A stretch of 53,100 bases of DNA from an uncultured Oscillospiraceae bacterium (GTDB lineage Bacteria; Bacillota; Clostridia; Oscillospirales; QAMX01). The notes under the pieces are model-generated. The model was not told where the DNA came from, searched no databases, and saw only the letters and a list, made by a program, of their open reading frames with translations. The translations under genes were made by a program, and so were the position numbers. The DNA lies in contig CAYTOF010000003.1 in the NCBI GenBank assembly GCA_964439435.1, positions 1-53,100 on the forward strand, in the 5' to 3' direction. Positions 11,073-20,052 of the stretch are shown here, piece by piece. The stretch's first letter is position 1, and the number at the start of each line of letters is the position of its first letter.

Positions 11073-12889
11073 ACAGCGCCCTCCGTTGTTCTTCGGTATA
11101 AATCAGCCTGCATTGTGTATAATTCTTTATATAATCCGTCTTTTGAAATCAATTCATTGTGAGAGCCGTATTCGGTTATTTCGCCTTTATCGAAAACCGC
11201 GATACAGTCGCAGAATTTTGAACTTGACAACCGATGGGAAATATATATCGACGTTTTATTTTTTGATATTTTATTGAAGCTGTCATATACCTCAAATTCG
11301 GCGCGGGGGTCAAGCGCGGCCGTCGGCTCGTCCAATACAATGATGGGAGCGTCCTTATACACCGCTCTCGCGATGGCGAGCCTCTGCATCTCGCCGCCGG
11401 AAAACTCTACGCCTTTCTCGTCAAATATACGATATAAAGACGTATTTTCAGCCATATCCAAAGAAGAAATTCTTTCTTTCATCTTTGACATAGAAATCGC
11501 CTTTGTTATCAGATTTTCATTGTATTCGCTTTCCATCGCCGCGATATTTTCTTTTAGCGTCAGCGCAAGCAGTTTGTAATCCTGGAACACCGCGGAAAAT
11601 AACTTATTATATGACGAGCGGGTATATTCGGATATATCAACGCCGTCAATCAAGATCCTGCCCGACGTCGGCTTATACAGCCCCATGAGCAATTTAATAA
11701 ACGTGGTTTTACCCGCGCCGTTCTCGCCGACAATCAAAAGAGCCTGTCCCAAACGGATTGTTATAGTAACATTGTGTAATGCGTATGTATCGCTGTTCGG
11801 ATACTTAAACGAAACATTTTCAAATACTATTTCATGATTTCTTGTAATATTCAAATCTGCTTTGTTTGCAACATCAGATAAATATTCTTGTTTGTGTTTG
11901 AAGAAATCAAAGAACGCTTCCAAATAATCCGTGTTTACCGCGAATTCCACGAGATTATATACTAAATTGCTTATCCTGTTCCTTATTTCTCTCAAAGCAT
12001 TTCCGATTAACGTAAACTCTCCGACTGTGATGTGATGCAAAGCCAATACTTCATACCCTAAATATAGGTAAATCCCCGCTTCAAGAATTATATCTGCCAA
12101 ATAGAACAAAAGCATGGAAAATCCGATTATTTTAGTTGCCTTTTTTACTCTCGTTTTAAAGAGAACGGCTTGGAGCTCTTTCATTCGGTTATATAATTTA
12201 TCTTTCAAATTAAACAGGTGTATTTCTTTTGCATAAGAAAAACTTTGCGCTATATCGTATATATAATTAACCTTTCTGATGGTTTCCGTCCTCAATTTAC
12301 TGTCAAAATATTGGCCTTTCGCATTTTTATAATCGTAATATATTCTGCATATCAATGAAATTATAAGCGGAACGATAATTACTATGCTTATGGAAGATAA
12401 GATGTATATTGTGCCCGACAGTACAAGCACGCCGGAAATAAGTCCGGCAATGCTGTTTATAACCGATTCGAGTTTTCCTTGGTTCAACGCTTCCAACGTA
12501 AAGTCTTTTTTCTCTAAAAATTCCTTCTCGCCGATTAATTTATATTCAACATTCATGCAAACATCGGATATCTCATAATTTATCTGCGATTGTATAATAT
12601 TTCGATAATAACCTATCCTGTTATTGATTAAACTGTTTGCGATATTCAGTAAAAACATTATACCGAGTATGACAGAAATGGCAATGATATATTCCGTTAT
12701 ACTGCCTTTTCGGGTTAAGATATCAACTGAGTATTTTATAAGATACATACCCGGAAAAACCTGTACCGAACCCACGACAATATTAACAAAAATCAATATG
12801 ACATAAGCGGGATTTTTCCGCCAAAGAAAAGCAAGACTTTTACCCGAATATTTTATTATGTTTTTTATATTCGATAATATTTTTTTCAT
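11069..12889 (-). CDS. ABC exporter, fused TMD-NBD (heterodimer subunit 1)
   Basis: GENGAGKTT, FSGGEMQR, LDEPTAALD; 4-bp overlap with the next gene. Confidence 0.93.
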   Translation of the reverse strand: MKKILSNIKNIIKYSGKSLAFLWRKNPAYVILIFVNIVVGSVQVFPGMYLIKYSVDILTRKGSITEYIIAISVILGIMFLLNIANSLINNRIGYYRNIIQSQINYEISDVCMNVEYKLIGEKEFLEKKDFTLEALNQGKLESVINSIAGLISGVLVLSGTIYILSSISIVIIVPLIISLICRIYYDYKNAKGQYFDSKLRTETIRKVNYIYDIAQSFSYAKEIHLFNLKDKLYNRMKELQAVLFKTRVKKATKIIGFSMLLFYLADIILEAGIYLYLGYEVLALHHITVGEFTLIGNALREIRNRISNLVYNLVEFAVNTDYLEAFFDFFKHKQEYLSDVANKADLNITRNHEIVFENVSFKYPNSDTYALHNVTITIRLGQALLIVGENGAGKTTFIKLLMGLYKPTSGRILIDGVDISEYTRSSYNKLFSAVFQDYKLLALTLKENIAAMESEYNENLITKAISMSKMKERISSLDMAENTSLYRIFDEKGVEFSGGEMQRLAIARAVYKDAPIIVLDEPTAALDPRAEFEVYDSFNKISKNKTSIYISHRLSSSKFCDCIAVFDKGEITEYGSHNELISKDGLYKELYTMQADLYRRTTEGAV

Positions 12890-12898
12890 AAACGCACC

Positions 12899-14452
12899 TT
12901 ACAATTTAAAAAACATACCGTCATCATGTTCGACTAATACGTTACATACGCTGTCAGGAGAAATTTTTATCTTTCCTGATGTTGTCCATTCACCGATAAC
13001 TTTCTTTAGAAGCGTAAAAAATATGTTTGGATACATTCCCCCTGCTTTATATCTTAAATGTTTAGGGAACAATTTTATAAATCCGTCAGAATATTTTTTT
13101 ACCTGCCGTTGATACAATGGTATAATATCTTCGAAAATGCCGGGCAGCGTTTCTTTGAATCGGTTATACTGTGCGATGGGAAAAAATGGTACGTTAAGTT
13201 CAGCTTTATCTCCGATATTTTTTAAGAAGCCGTTTTTAATTGCTGTTGCCGCAAATTCTTTTTCATTGTCGCTTATATTGTCGCTTTTTATTATTTTTTC
13301 ACAAACTGCGAGTTCATCTTTACGCATTGAATTTATATTTTCAAACGGCGGAAAAACAAATACAATATGACCAATTGTGTGATGTTCCGTATCTATGTAA
13401 TTTCTATTGTCAAAAAAGAATACATTTTTATAATCGTCGGTTCGCGCATAAAATTCCCATTTCCAGCCGTCAAATCTTTCGGGAGTGTTTCGCAATTCGA
13501 ATTTATTATTATACCTTTCATTAAAATGGTCAAAAGCCATAATACAGAACAAACACATTAATTCGTCATAGCTTTTATTTGCCGTGAATATATCAAGTTC
13601 CAATGTCTTTACCGTAAATTTATTTGCTCTTTCCAACAAAATATCGGATATGGATTTTATACATTCTTTTGATTGGATATAATCGTACTTGTTGATTGAT
13701 TCGTCATAAATAATAATGTCGGATAAAATTGTATTTTGCGTAGGTTGTATTATTGTGCCGCATTTTAACAACATTTCGATTCTGTCCTCGATATAATACG
13801 CGGGAACACCTAATATTTTTGATAAATCCTCAACGCTTCTCGCTTCTTTATATACTTGCCAAAGTATGTTTTGCGACAGCGCGTCATTAAGATACATTCG
13901 CGGGATTCCGGCGTATGAACCGTCTGTGTATAGATTCAATTTTATCGGCTTCAATGCTGTTTCCTGCATAATATCAAACTCCTTTTTCAATTTTTCCCGC
14001 CCGATTGACAAGCGGTATTTTATTGTGCCCTCCGGGATATTCAACCGTTCGGCTATTTCTCGGCTTGTCAGATTGTCATAATAGTGCATTACGATAATGT
14101 CGCGATAGCAAGCGGATAACTGCGTTATGTTTTTTCTTAATGTATCGTAAAGTTCGTTTTGCTCAAAATCATATTCGTCATTATACGGTTGTTCGTCAAG
14201 ATCGTCTGACGAATACATCTCCCGTTCTCTGCCTCTGTTTCGGCTAAAAGATTTCAGGGTATTATTGGCTACACCCCACAACCATGCCTCGAATTTATCT
14301 ATATCTTTTATTGCCGTTATGGTTTTCGCCGCTTGCAATAAAATCTCTTGCGCCAATTCTTCCGCTTCCTCACGTGAGTATGTGCGGCGTTGCGAAAATG
14401 AAAAGATTTTATTTATATATTTTACAAGAATTTCGTTATCCATTTTTTCCAC
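12899..14452 (-). CDS. ECF (sigma-24-type) sigma factor with a C-terminal extension of about 350 aa
   Basis: region 2 (AEELAQEI..FEAWLWGVANN) and region 4 (LTSREIAERLNIPEGTIKYRL) in the first ~160 aa of 517 aa. Confidence 0.88.
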   Translation of the reverse strand: MEKMDNEILVKYINKIFSFSQRRTYSREEAEELAQEILLQAAKTITAIKDIDKFEAWLWGVANNTLKSFSRNRGREREMYSSDDLDEQPYNDEYDFEQNELYDTLRKNITQLSACYRDIIVMHYYDNLTSREIAERLNIPEGTIKYRLSIGREKLKKEFDIMQETALKPIKLNLYTDGSYAGIPRMYLNDALSQNILWQVYKEARSVEDLSKILGVPAYYIEDRIEMLLKCGTIIQPTQNTILSDIIIYDESINKYDYIQSKECIKSISDILLERANKFTVKTLELDIFTANKSYDELMCLFCIMAFDHFNERYNNKFELRNTPERFDGWKWEFYARTDDYKNVFFFDNRNYIDTEHHTIGHIVFVFPPFENINSMRKDELAVCEKIIKSDNISDNEKEFAATAIKNGFLKNIGDKAELNVPFFPIAQYNRFKETLPGIFEDIIPLYQRQVKKYSDGFIKLFPKHLRYKAGGMYPNIFFTLLKKVIGEWTTSGKIKISPDSVCNVLVEHDDGMFFKL

Positions 14453-14534
14453 CTCATATATATCAGTGAGAGTTTTTCCGTTTTAGTTGGGATTTTTTCG
14501 ATTATTCAAAACAAATTTTGTCTTGTTATCAAAT

Positions 14535-14563
14535 ATTTTACCATAAAATAATTAGGGAATCTA
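14535..14563 (-). promoter_or_regulatory. sigma-A-like promoter of the ECF-ABC operon
   Basis: minus strand TAGATT-17-TAAAAT with TG extension. Confidence 0.45.
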
Positions 14564-14647
14564 AAAATAATTTTGTTTGGTTCTCTCCGTTGTTCCTGCG
14601 ACGCCGAACACCTCCGGCTGCGCGGACTTGCTTTGTGCCTTTGGCAT
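14561..14647 (-). CDS. 28-aa small ORF MPKAQSKSAQPEVFGVAGTTERTKQNYF (peptide or truncated gene)
   Basis: strong RBS GGAGGTGAATCT-ATG; below the 60-aa ORF-track cutoff. Confidence 0.4.
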   Translation of the reverse strand: MPKAQSKSAQPEVFGVAGTTERTKQNYF

Positions 14648-14764
14648 AGATTCACCTCCATAAAAATAGCCGCAGCTCTCACTGCGGCATATAAAAAAGC
14701 GCCTACCTTTCGATAGACGCTTCTTCGCGGATTTACTGTTAATGTTTGTTATCGGTCGGATAAT

Positions 14765-16084
14765 TTACTCAGAAAGCAACCACTCGACCACATTCTGCGA
14801 CTGAATGCCGTCGTAGGAGGTGTCCAGTCCCGTGTCGAGCGAGAGCACCAGCTTCTCGTAATTGTCGCGGATTTTTTGGAGAGGAGCCAGCTCGCGGCGT
14901 CGGACATCCTCGCTTGTCATGGACTCCGTCACCTGAATATACAGCTTCCTTTCCGCATCGGTGGCGATGAAATCGACCTCGACATTGTCAATCTTTCCGA
15001 TTGCCACATCGTAGCCACGGCGCAGCAGCTCGAAATAAACAACGTTCTCCAGCGCGTGACCGCTGTCTCTGTTGCGAAAGCCCAGCAGGTAATTTCGAAG
15101 CCCGATATCTACAATATAATACTTGCCGAGTGTGCGCAGGTATTCTTTGCCCTTGATATCAAATCGCTTAATGTCGTAGAAGAAATAGCTCTCCAACAGG
15201 GCGTTCACATACGCCTGAACCGTGTGGGCGCTGGGTGAGCCCTTCCGTTTACCGTCCTCAAGCAGCCCCTCGTTTACAAGGGTGTTACCGATAGACGCAA
15301 TCGAGACATTGCTTCCGATGTTGTCCGCGAGGAACAGGATGATTTTGCGAAGCAGTACAGGGTCAGTGATGCGCTGCTGACCTCGACGTTTCTCCCGCTC
15401 TAAAATATCCCGGATGACGACGGTGGAATAAATACCATCAAGCAGGATCAGCGCCTTCTCTTGATTCAGTCCTACGTCAGCTATGCCCGGCATCCCGCCA
15501 AAGCGGAGATAGGAGTCAAAGGCTTCTCTTAGGTCGTAGCGTTCGCCGCTCTTGTCATAGACCTGTTTTCTTATGCCACCTAAGGCGCTCTGCGTTTCCC
15601 TCACTTCGAAGTCATGGAAATACAGAAACTCATTAAAAGACAGAGGCAGCATTTTGATCTCTATGCTTCTGCCGGAGAGGTAGGTCGAATACTCCGACGA
15701 AAGCAGATACGCGTTGGAGCCGGTGATATAGATATCGCAGTTGAAATCAACGCGGAAGGAATTCACCGCCTCCTCCCAGGCGTCGATTCTCTGTAGCTCA
15801 TCGAAAAACAGATACATACGTTTTCCGAGCAGAACGCGCTGCTTCACATAGTTGTAAAGCATATCCGAGGTCATGTCCTTGAAATCGTGAGACTCGAAAT
15901 TCATCTCAACGATCTGATCCTCGGAGATGCCGCTTTCCTTCAGGTGCAGCATCATCAGCTTCAGCAGGCTGGACTTTCCGCAACGGCGGATGCCCGTCAC
16001 CACCTTGACAGGTTCCGTGTCCTGAAAAGCGATGAGTTTATTCAAATACAATTCTCGTTTTTTAAGTTCATGTGATTCTATCAT
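14765..16084 (-). CDS. AAA_14 ATPase with C-terminal DUF4143 (PD-(D/E)xK-like) domain
   Basis: GIRRCGKS Walker A, FFDELQ Walker B, ITGSNA, LENVVY, EVDFIA..IQVT. Confidence 0.9.
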   Translation of the reverse strand: MIESHELKKRELYLNKLIAFQDTEPVKVVTGIRRCGKSSLLKLMMLHLKESGISEDQIVEMNFESHDFKDMTSDMLYNYVKQRVLLGKRMYLFFDELQRIDAWEEAVNSFRVDFNCDIYITGSNAYLLSSEYSTYLSGRSIEIKMLPLSFNEFLYFHDFEVRETQSALGGIRKQVYDKSGERYDLREAFDSYLRFGGMPGIADVGLNQEKALILLDGIYSTVVIRDILEREKRRGQQRITDPVLLRKIILFLADNIGSNVSIASIGNTLVNEGLLEDGKRKGSPSAHTVQAYVNALLESYFFYDIKRFDIKGKEYLRTLGKYYIVDIGLRNYLLGFRNRDSGHALENVVYFELLRRGYDVAIGKIDNVEVDFIATDAERKLYIQVTESMTSEDVRRRELAPLQKIRDNYEKLVLSLDTGLDTSYDGIQSQNVVEWLLSE

Positions 16085-16133
16085 TGATCACACCTCCAGC
16101 GAGCTTAGCATAGCATAAACTCATGCAAAAATC

Positions 16134-16161
16134 AAGTTTTTGCACTCAACTGCAAAAACTT
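16134..16161. promoter_or_regulatory. 11-bp inverted repeat next to the AAA gene promoter
   Basis: aagtttttgca-ctcaac-tgcaaaaactt abutting minus-strand TTGATT-17-TATGCT. Confidence 0.55.
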
Positions 16162-16462
16162 CTCACTTTCGACAAGCTTTGTAGCATACGCTTTTCATAT
16201 AAGACCCTCAGCTATATCGTGATTGACAAGTGAACGGAAATGATTCGATATAGTCATGGACGCGTTATACAGCGTCGCCAGCAGACATATCCCCTCATGC
16301 AAAATCCACACCTTTGTATAGAAATGCCTAAACAACGTCGAGTTTTCAACATTAGGTGCGGATATTTTTATGAGATAATGCAATAATATTCCTACTACAC
16401 AAAATAGTAGGCAGCGAAAAATGGATGTAGAGCACATGCGAGAGACTTACCCCCAACTCACA

Positions 16463-16642
16463 TCATACATCGGCCCATGCATCAGGAGCAAGGTAAACGC
16501 CGTGAGAAACGCGCTCATATTCTTTTGCAGCCACATATTTTGAAAGTATGTACTTTGAAATACCCGCTCCCAGTACGGCCGCCGTAGTTAAAACACCGCC
16601 ACTTGCTTCTGTCATCTGATCAAGTAGTTCAAACTGGCTCAT
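16463..16642 (-). pseudogene. truncated AbiEi (type IV TA antitoxin) N-terminal fragment
   Basis: MSQFELLDQMTEASGGVLTTAAVLGAGISK..YERVSHGVYLAPDAWAD then stop; no AbiEii toxin ORF follows. Confidence 0.7.
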
Positions 16643-16661
16643 GTGCATCATCCCCTTTTAC

Positions 16662-16685
16662 GCTAATATAATAATCTATATTAGC
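16662..16685. promoter_or_regulatory. inverted-repeat operator upstream of the abiEi remnant
   Basis: gctaatata-N6-tatattagc overlapping TTTACT-17-TATTAT (minus strand); AbiEi proteins autoregulate via promoter IRs. Confidence 0.55.
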
Positions 16686-17012
16686 ACAATAGTAAACATG
16701 ATTTTCCATCAAACTCGCTACCAGTATTTCTTATCTTTTGTGTGATTGCATTTGGTGTTTACAACTTCAGCAGAAGTACCCTTTACAAAACTCAGTCCCA
16801 ATTTGGGATTGAGTTTTGTCATAGTGCTGCTTGGCTTGTTTGCACCCCCGCTGTCAAGTTTCAGCCACCGTATTCATGGGCTTGCCGTCCATAAGGCAAA
16901 CACCGCATATCTGCTTGGCATCGAGGCAGAAAACTACAAGGAAAACGAGCATAAGCGAGATGAAAAATAAGCGCCGGCATGGTGCGCAGCTGCATGATGA
17001 AATCATGTGTTC

Positions 17013-17124
17013 AAGGGGCATGGGGATTCCCCATCAAGCAAATTTGCAAAAAATGACGGCAACCGGCATAGCTTGCAAATTGCACGAGTGGGCGCCCACG
17101 TGCATAGCTTGCGCATTCTTATAC
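17013..17124 (+). other. candidate oriT-like region
   Basis: hairpin atggggattccccat, hairpin tgcacgagtgggcgcccacgtgca followed by TAGCTTGC, direct repeat gcatagcttgc at 17066 and 17102. Confidence 0.3.
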
Positions 17125-17668
17125 TAATAAAATGTTATCATCAATTCTATCTTACCAAATCCTACCGATTATCTGCCTTGCATGGCTTTTCGGTGGGATT
17201 TCGTCTTTGTTGGTGGTAACAATATGCTCGAATACAGTACAACATAAATTGTATCGCAAAAAAACTACGATAGGCATCTCCACAGCCCTCAGCCGCTTTT
17301 GCTGGATTGATGACGAACGAATGACCCTAAGTTTTAGTGAGTGTCATTCAGGGCAGCGCGGCGGAGCTCGAAAGCAGATAGATCGTCAGGACGGAATACT
17401 GTCATCTCTTAATCCAATCTCTATACTCTCATTTTACGTTTCCGCAAGCCAGAGGCAAAAGGCTTCTAAACGCTGAATCACTTCCAAAGCCCATCCCTCC
17501 AAAAACGGCATAGTTTGCTTGTTTCACAGAACTTCTCCAGCAAGAGAATTATAACTTTTGAAAAATTCTTTCTGCATCGGTTGTAAAAATGACGTTTTCG
17601 CTGGCTACTACTTGAGGGACAATTTTATTGCAGCCCAAAAACAGCAAATATATTTTCCTCCGGTTCAT

Positions 17669-17721
17669 CCGAACTAATGACGAGGGGTGAACGTTTTGTT
17701 CACCCCTCGTCATTAGTTCGG
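17669..17721. repeat. perfect 24-bp inverted repeat with a 5-nt loop
   Basis: ccgaactaatgacgaggggtgaac-gtttt-gttcacccctcgtcattagttcgg. Confidence 0.95.
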
Positions 17722-17725
17722 GTAG

Positions 17726-17917
17726 GTGCAAACGCTCAACATCGAGGGAAATCCTTGGTTTGTATCCGTTGATGTTTGCGCCGCTCTCGGCGTTTCCCGC
17801 ACTGCTGTAAGACAATTGGACGAAGACGAAAAGGGTGTGCATTCAACGCACACCCTTGGTGGAACCCAGAAGATTGCCGTTGTAAATGAATGTAGTGCAC
17901 CGTCCCACAGAGCATAG
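17726..17917 (+). pseudogene. Bro-N (phage antirepressor-type) domain fragment
   Basis: IEGNPWFVSVDVCAALG..LDEDEKGVHSTHTLGGTQKIAVVNE is the Bro-N pattern; truncated at 63 aa. Confidence 0.75.
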
Positions 17918-18012
17918 TTTAGCAAATTGGGGCGGTAAGTAAAATCCAAAGCGATTGGCACTTATGTTTCATCCCTTGTTGGTGCCTTTCGCAGAAAGGA
18001 ATGCTCTTTTGT

Positions 18013-18255
18013 ATGACCAACAATACCCCCACATACGCGCCTATCGACCTTTGCGCCTGTTATGATTATCTTCCCTACCCGCCGGAGGAGTTCGCGGAGG
18101 AATGCCGTATTTACTGGCACAATCAGAATCCGTTCCGCGGAACGATTCAGCGCCGTATCGGCAATACCTGGTTTACCATCGAAACCGAATGTGTGGGAAG
18201 CGAAAAGCTGACCGATAAGGTCAAGCGGCTCATGTCCTCTGATAAAAGTTTGTAG
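18013..18255 (+). CDS. transposon-encoded TnpW-family protein
   Basis: RRIGNTWFTIETECVGSEKLTDKVKRL; directly upstream of the recombinase; RBS gaaagga. Confidence 0.7.
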   Translation: MTNNTPTYAPIDLCACYDYLPYPPEEFAEECRIYWHNQNPFRGTIQRRIGNTWFTIETECVGSEKLTDKVKRLMSSDKSL

Positions 18256-18353
18256 AGAGGGGGCTTCCATTCATGACAAATACAAAAAATTATGTTAATA
18301 TACAACCATGCACACCGATTCTGTCAGCTGACCCAACTGAAAAGGAGGATACT

Positions 18354-20021
18354 ATGTTGGATCAGCAGAAAATTACCATCATCTATTGTCGCCTGTCCGT
18401 GGAGGACATCAAAGAGGACTCCAAGGGTGGCAAAGCTGACGAATCAAATTCAATACAGAATCAAAAAGAGTATTTAACCCGATATGCAAGAGAGCAGGGA
18501 TACACTAATCTGAAAATACTGGTGGACGACGGCTATACCGGAACAAACTTCAATCGTCCCGGCGTACAGGAGGGATGCGAGCTTGTAAAGCAAGGACTTG
18601 TGGGATGCTGGCTGTGCAAAGACCTTTCCCGTTTTGGACGTGACTATCTGACCGTTGGGCAGTACACGGACATCATCTTCCCCAGCTACGATGTACGATT
18701 TATCGCCGTCAATGACGGGGTGGACAGTGAGCGCGGCGATGGCGAGGGTATGGCTGCAATCCGCAATCTGTTCAACGAATGGTACCCGCGGGATACCAGC
18801 AAGAAAGTCCGTGTCAGCCTCCGTCAGCGTGGCACCAGCGGCAAGCACATGGGCAAGCCGCCCTACGGATACCGCTGCGACTCAGAGGACAAAGAGTTCT
18901 GGGCACTGGACGAGGAAGCTGCCCCGGTGGTCAAGTACATCTTCGACCTCAGTATTGACGGAAAAGGGCCGGAACAGATTGCCCGGATTTTGGAACAGGA
19001 GCAGGTGTTGACCGCCAAAGCCCTGTATGCCAAACAGAAAGGCAAGCCTCTCCCGGAAAGACCGTACCATTGGATCGGACAGTCTGTGGTGGGTATTCTG
19101 GAACGGCAGGAGTACACCGGCTGTACTTGCAACTTCAAAACCTACTCCAAGTCCTACAAGCTGAAAAAGCGGATTCCAAATGCCCCGGTGGATATGTATA
19201 TCATCCCCGACACGCAGGACGCAATCGTACCGCAGGCTCAATGGGACAGAGTACAAGAGCTGCGAAAAAACAAACGCCGCCCCGCTAAAGCGGAACGGCA
19301 GGGTTTTTTCTCCGGGCTTCTGTTCTGTGCCGATTGCGGCGGCAAGCTCCATTTTGCCACCAGCAAGAGCTTTGAGGGCAGACAAGACCGCTATGTATGC
19401 AAGCATTACAAGAGCAACCGCGGTACTTGCACCGCCCACTACATCCGGGAGGATGTGCTGCGGGATATGGTACTGGAACGGATACAGGCAGTGAATGAAT
19501 ATATCCGTGACGATGTCGAGGGCTTTCAGGAGGAATGGCTGCGTTGCCGCAGAACTGACCGGGAGAAGAATATCCGTGAGGACAAAAAGCGGCTGGAGCA
19601 GGCGAAGAAACGCCTTGCAGACTTGGATGTGCTCATACCCCGGCTCTATGAGGATTCCGTCCTTGGTAATCTGAGCATGGACAGATACAAGAAGCTGTCC
19701 GCAGATTATGAAGCAGAACAGGAACGGTTAAAACTCGAAATTGAAGTAACGGAAGAATGGGTAGAACAGCAGGAGGAAATGAACGATAATCTGGACGTGT
19801 TCATTTCCTTGACCCGTAAGTATGTGGATGCGGAGGAACTGACACAGACGATTGTAAATGAGTATATCAAGAAAATCGTGGTGTTCGCCCCCGACAAGTC
19901 CAGCGGAAAGCGGCAGCAGAAAATCCAGATTTATTTCAACTTCGTGGATGAGCTTGATATTCCTGTCATTTCTGACCCGGTGATTACAGAAACAACCTAT
20001 GGACGCAGAAAAACGGCGTGA
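18354..20021 (+). CDS. large serine recombinase (resolvase + recombinase + Zn ribbon + coiled coil, DUF4368-type C-terminus)
   Basis: IYCRLS catalytic Ser, DDGYTG, KDLSRFGR, PYGY, CADCG..C..C; RBS aaggagg before ATG at 18354. Confidence 0.95.
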   Translation: MLDQQKITIIYCRLSVEDIKEDSKGGKADESNSIQNQKEYLTRYAREQGYTNLKILVDDGYTGTNFNRPGVQEGCELVKQGLVGCWLCKDLSRFGRDYLTVGQYTDIIFPSYDVRFIAVNDGVDSERGDGEGMAAIRNLFNEWYPRDTSKKVRVSLRQRGTSGKHMGKPPYGYRCDSEDKEFWALDEEAAPVVKYIFDLSIDGKGPEQIARILEQEQVLTAKALYAKQKGKPLPERPYHWIGQSVVGILERQEYTGCTCNFKTYSKSYKLKKRIPNAPVDMYIIPDTQDAIVPQAQWDRVQELRKNKRRPAKAERQGFFSGLLFCADCGGKLHFATSKSFEGRQDRYVCKHYKSNRGTCTAHYIREDVLRDMVLERIQAVNEYIRDDVEGFQEEWLRCRRTDREKNIREDKKRLEQAKKRLADLDVLIPRLYEDSVLGNLSMDRYKKLSADYEAEQERLKLEIEVTEEWVEQQEEMNDNLDVFISLTRKYVDAEELTQTIVNEYIKKIVVFAPDKSSGKRQQKIQIYFNFVDELDIPVISDPVITETTYGRRKTA

Positions 20022-20038
20022 CCCTGCGGTCACACCGT
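20013..20038 (+). terminator. hairpin overlapping the recombinase stop
   Basis: acggcgtgacc-ctgc-ggtcacaccgt. Confidence 0.45.
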
Positions 20039-20052
20039 TATCTGCGGCAAAA

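Noticed and set aside
16746-17476. Short ORFs of 70-114 aa in the element backbone
   Set aside because: No RBS or recognisable domain; the region looks non-coding or decayed.
18273-18353. N-terminal extension of the recombinase given by the ORF track
   Set aside because: A strong RBS and the family-typical start support ATG at 18354.
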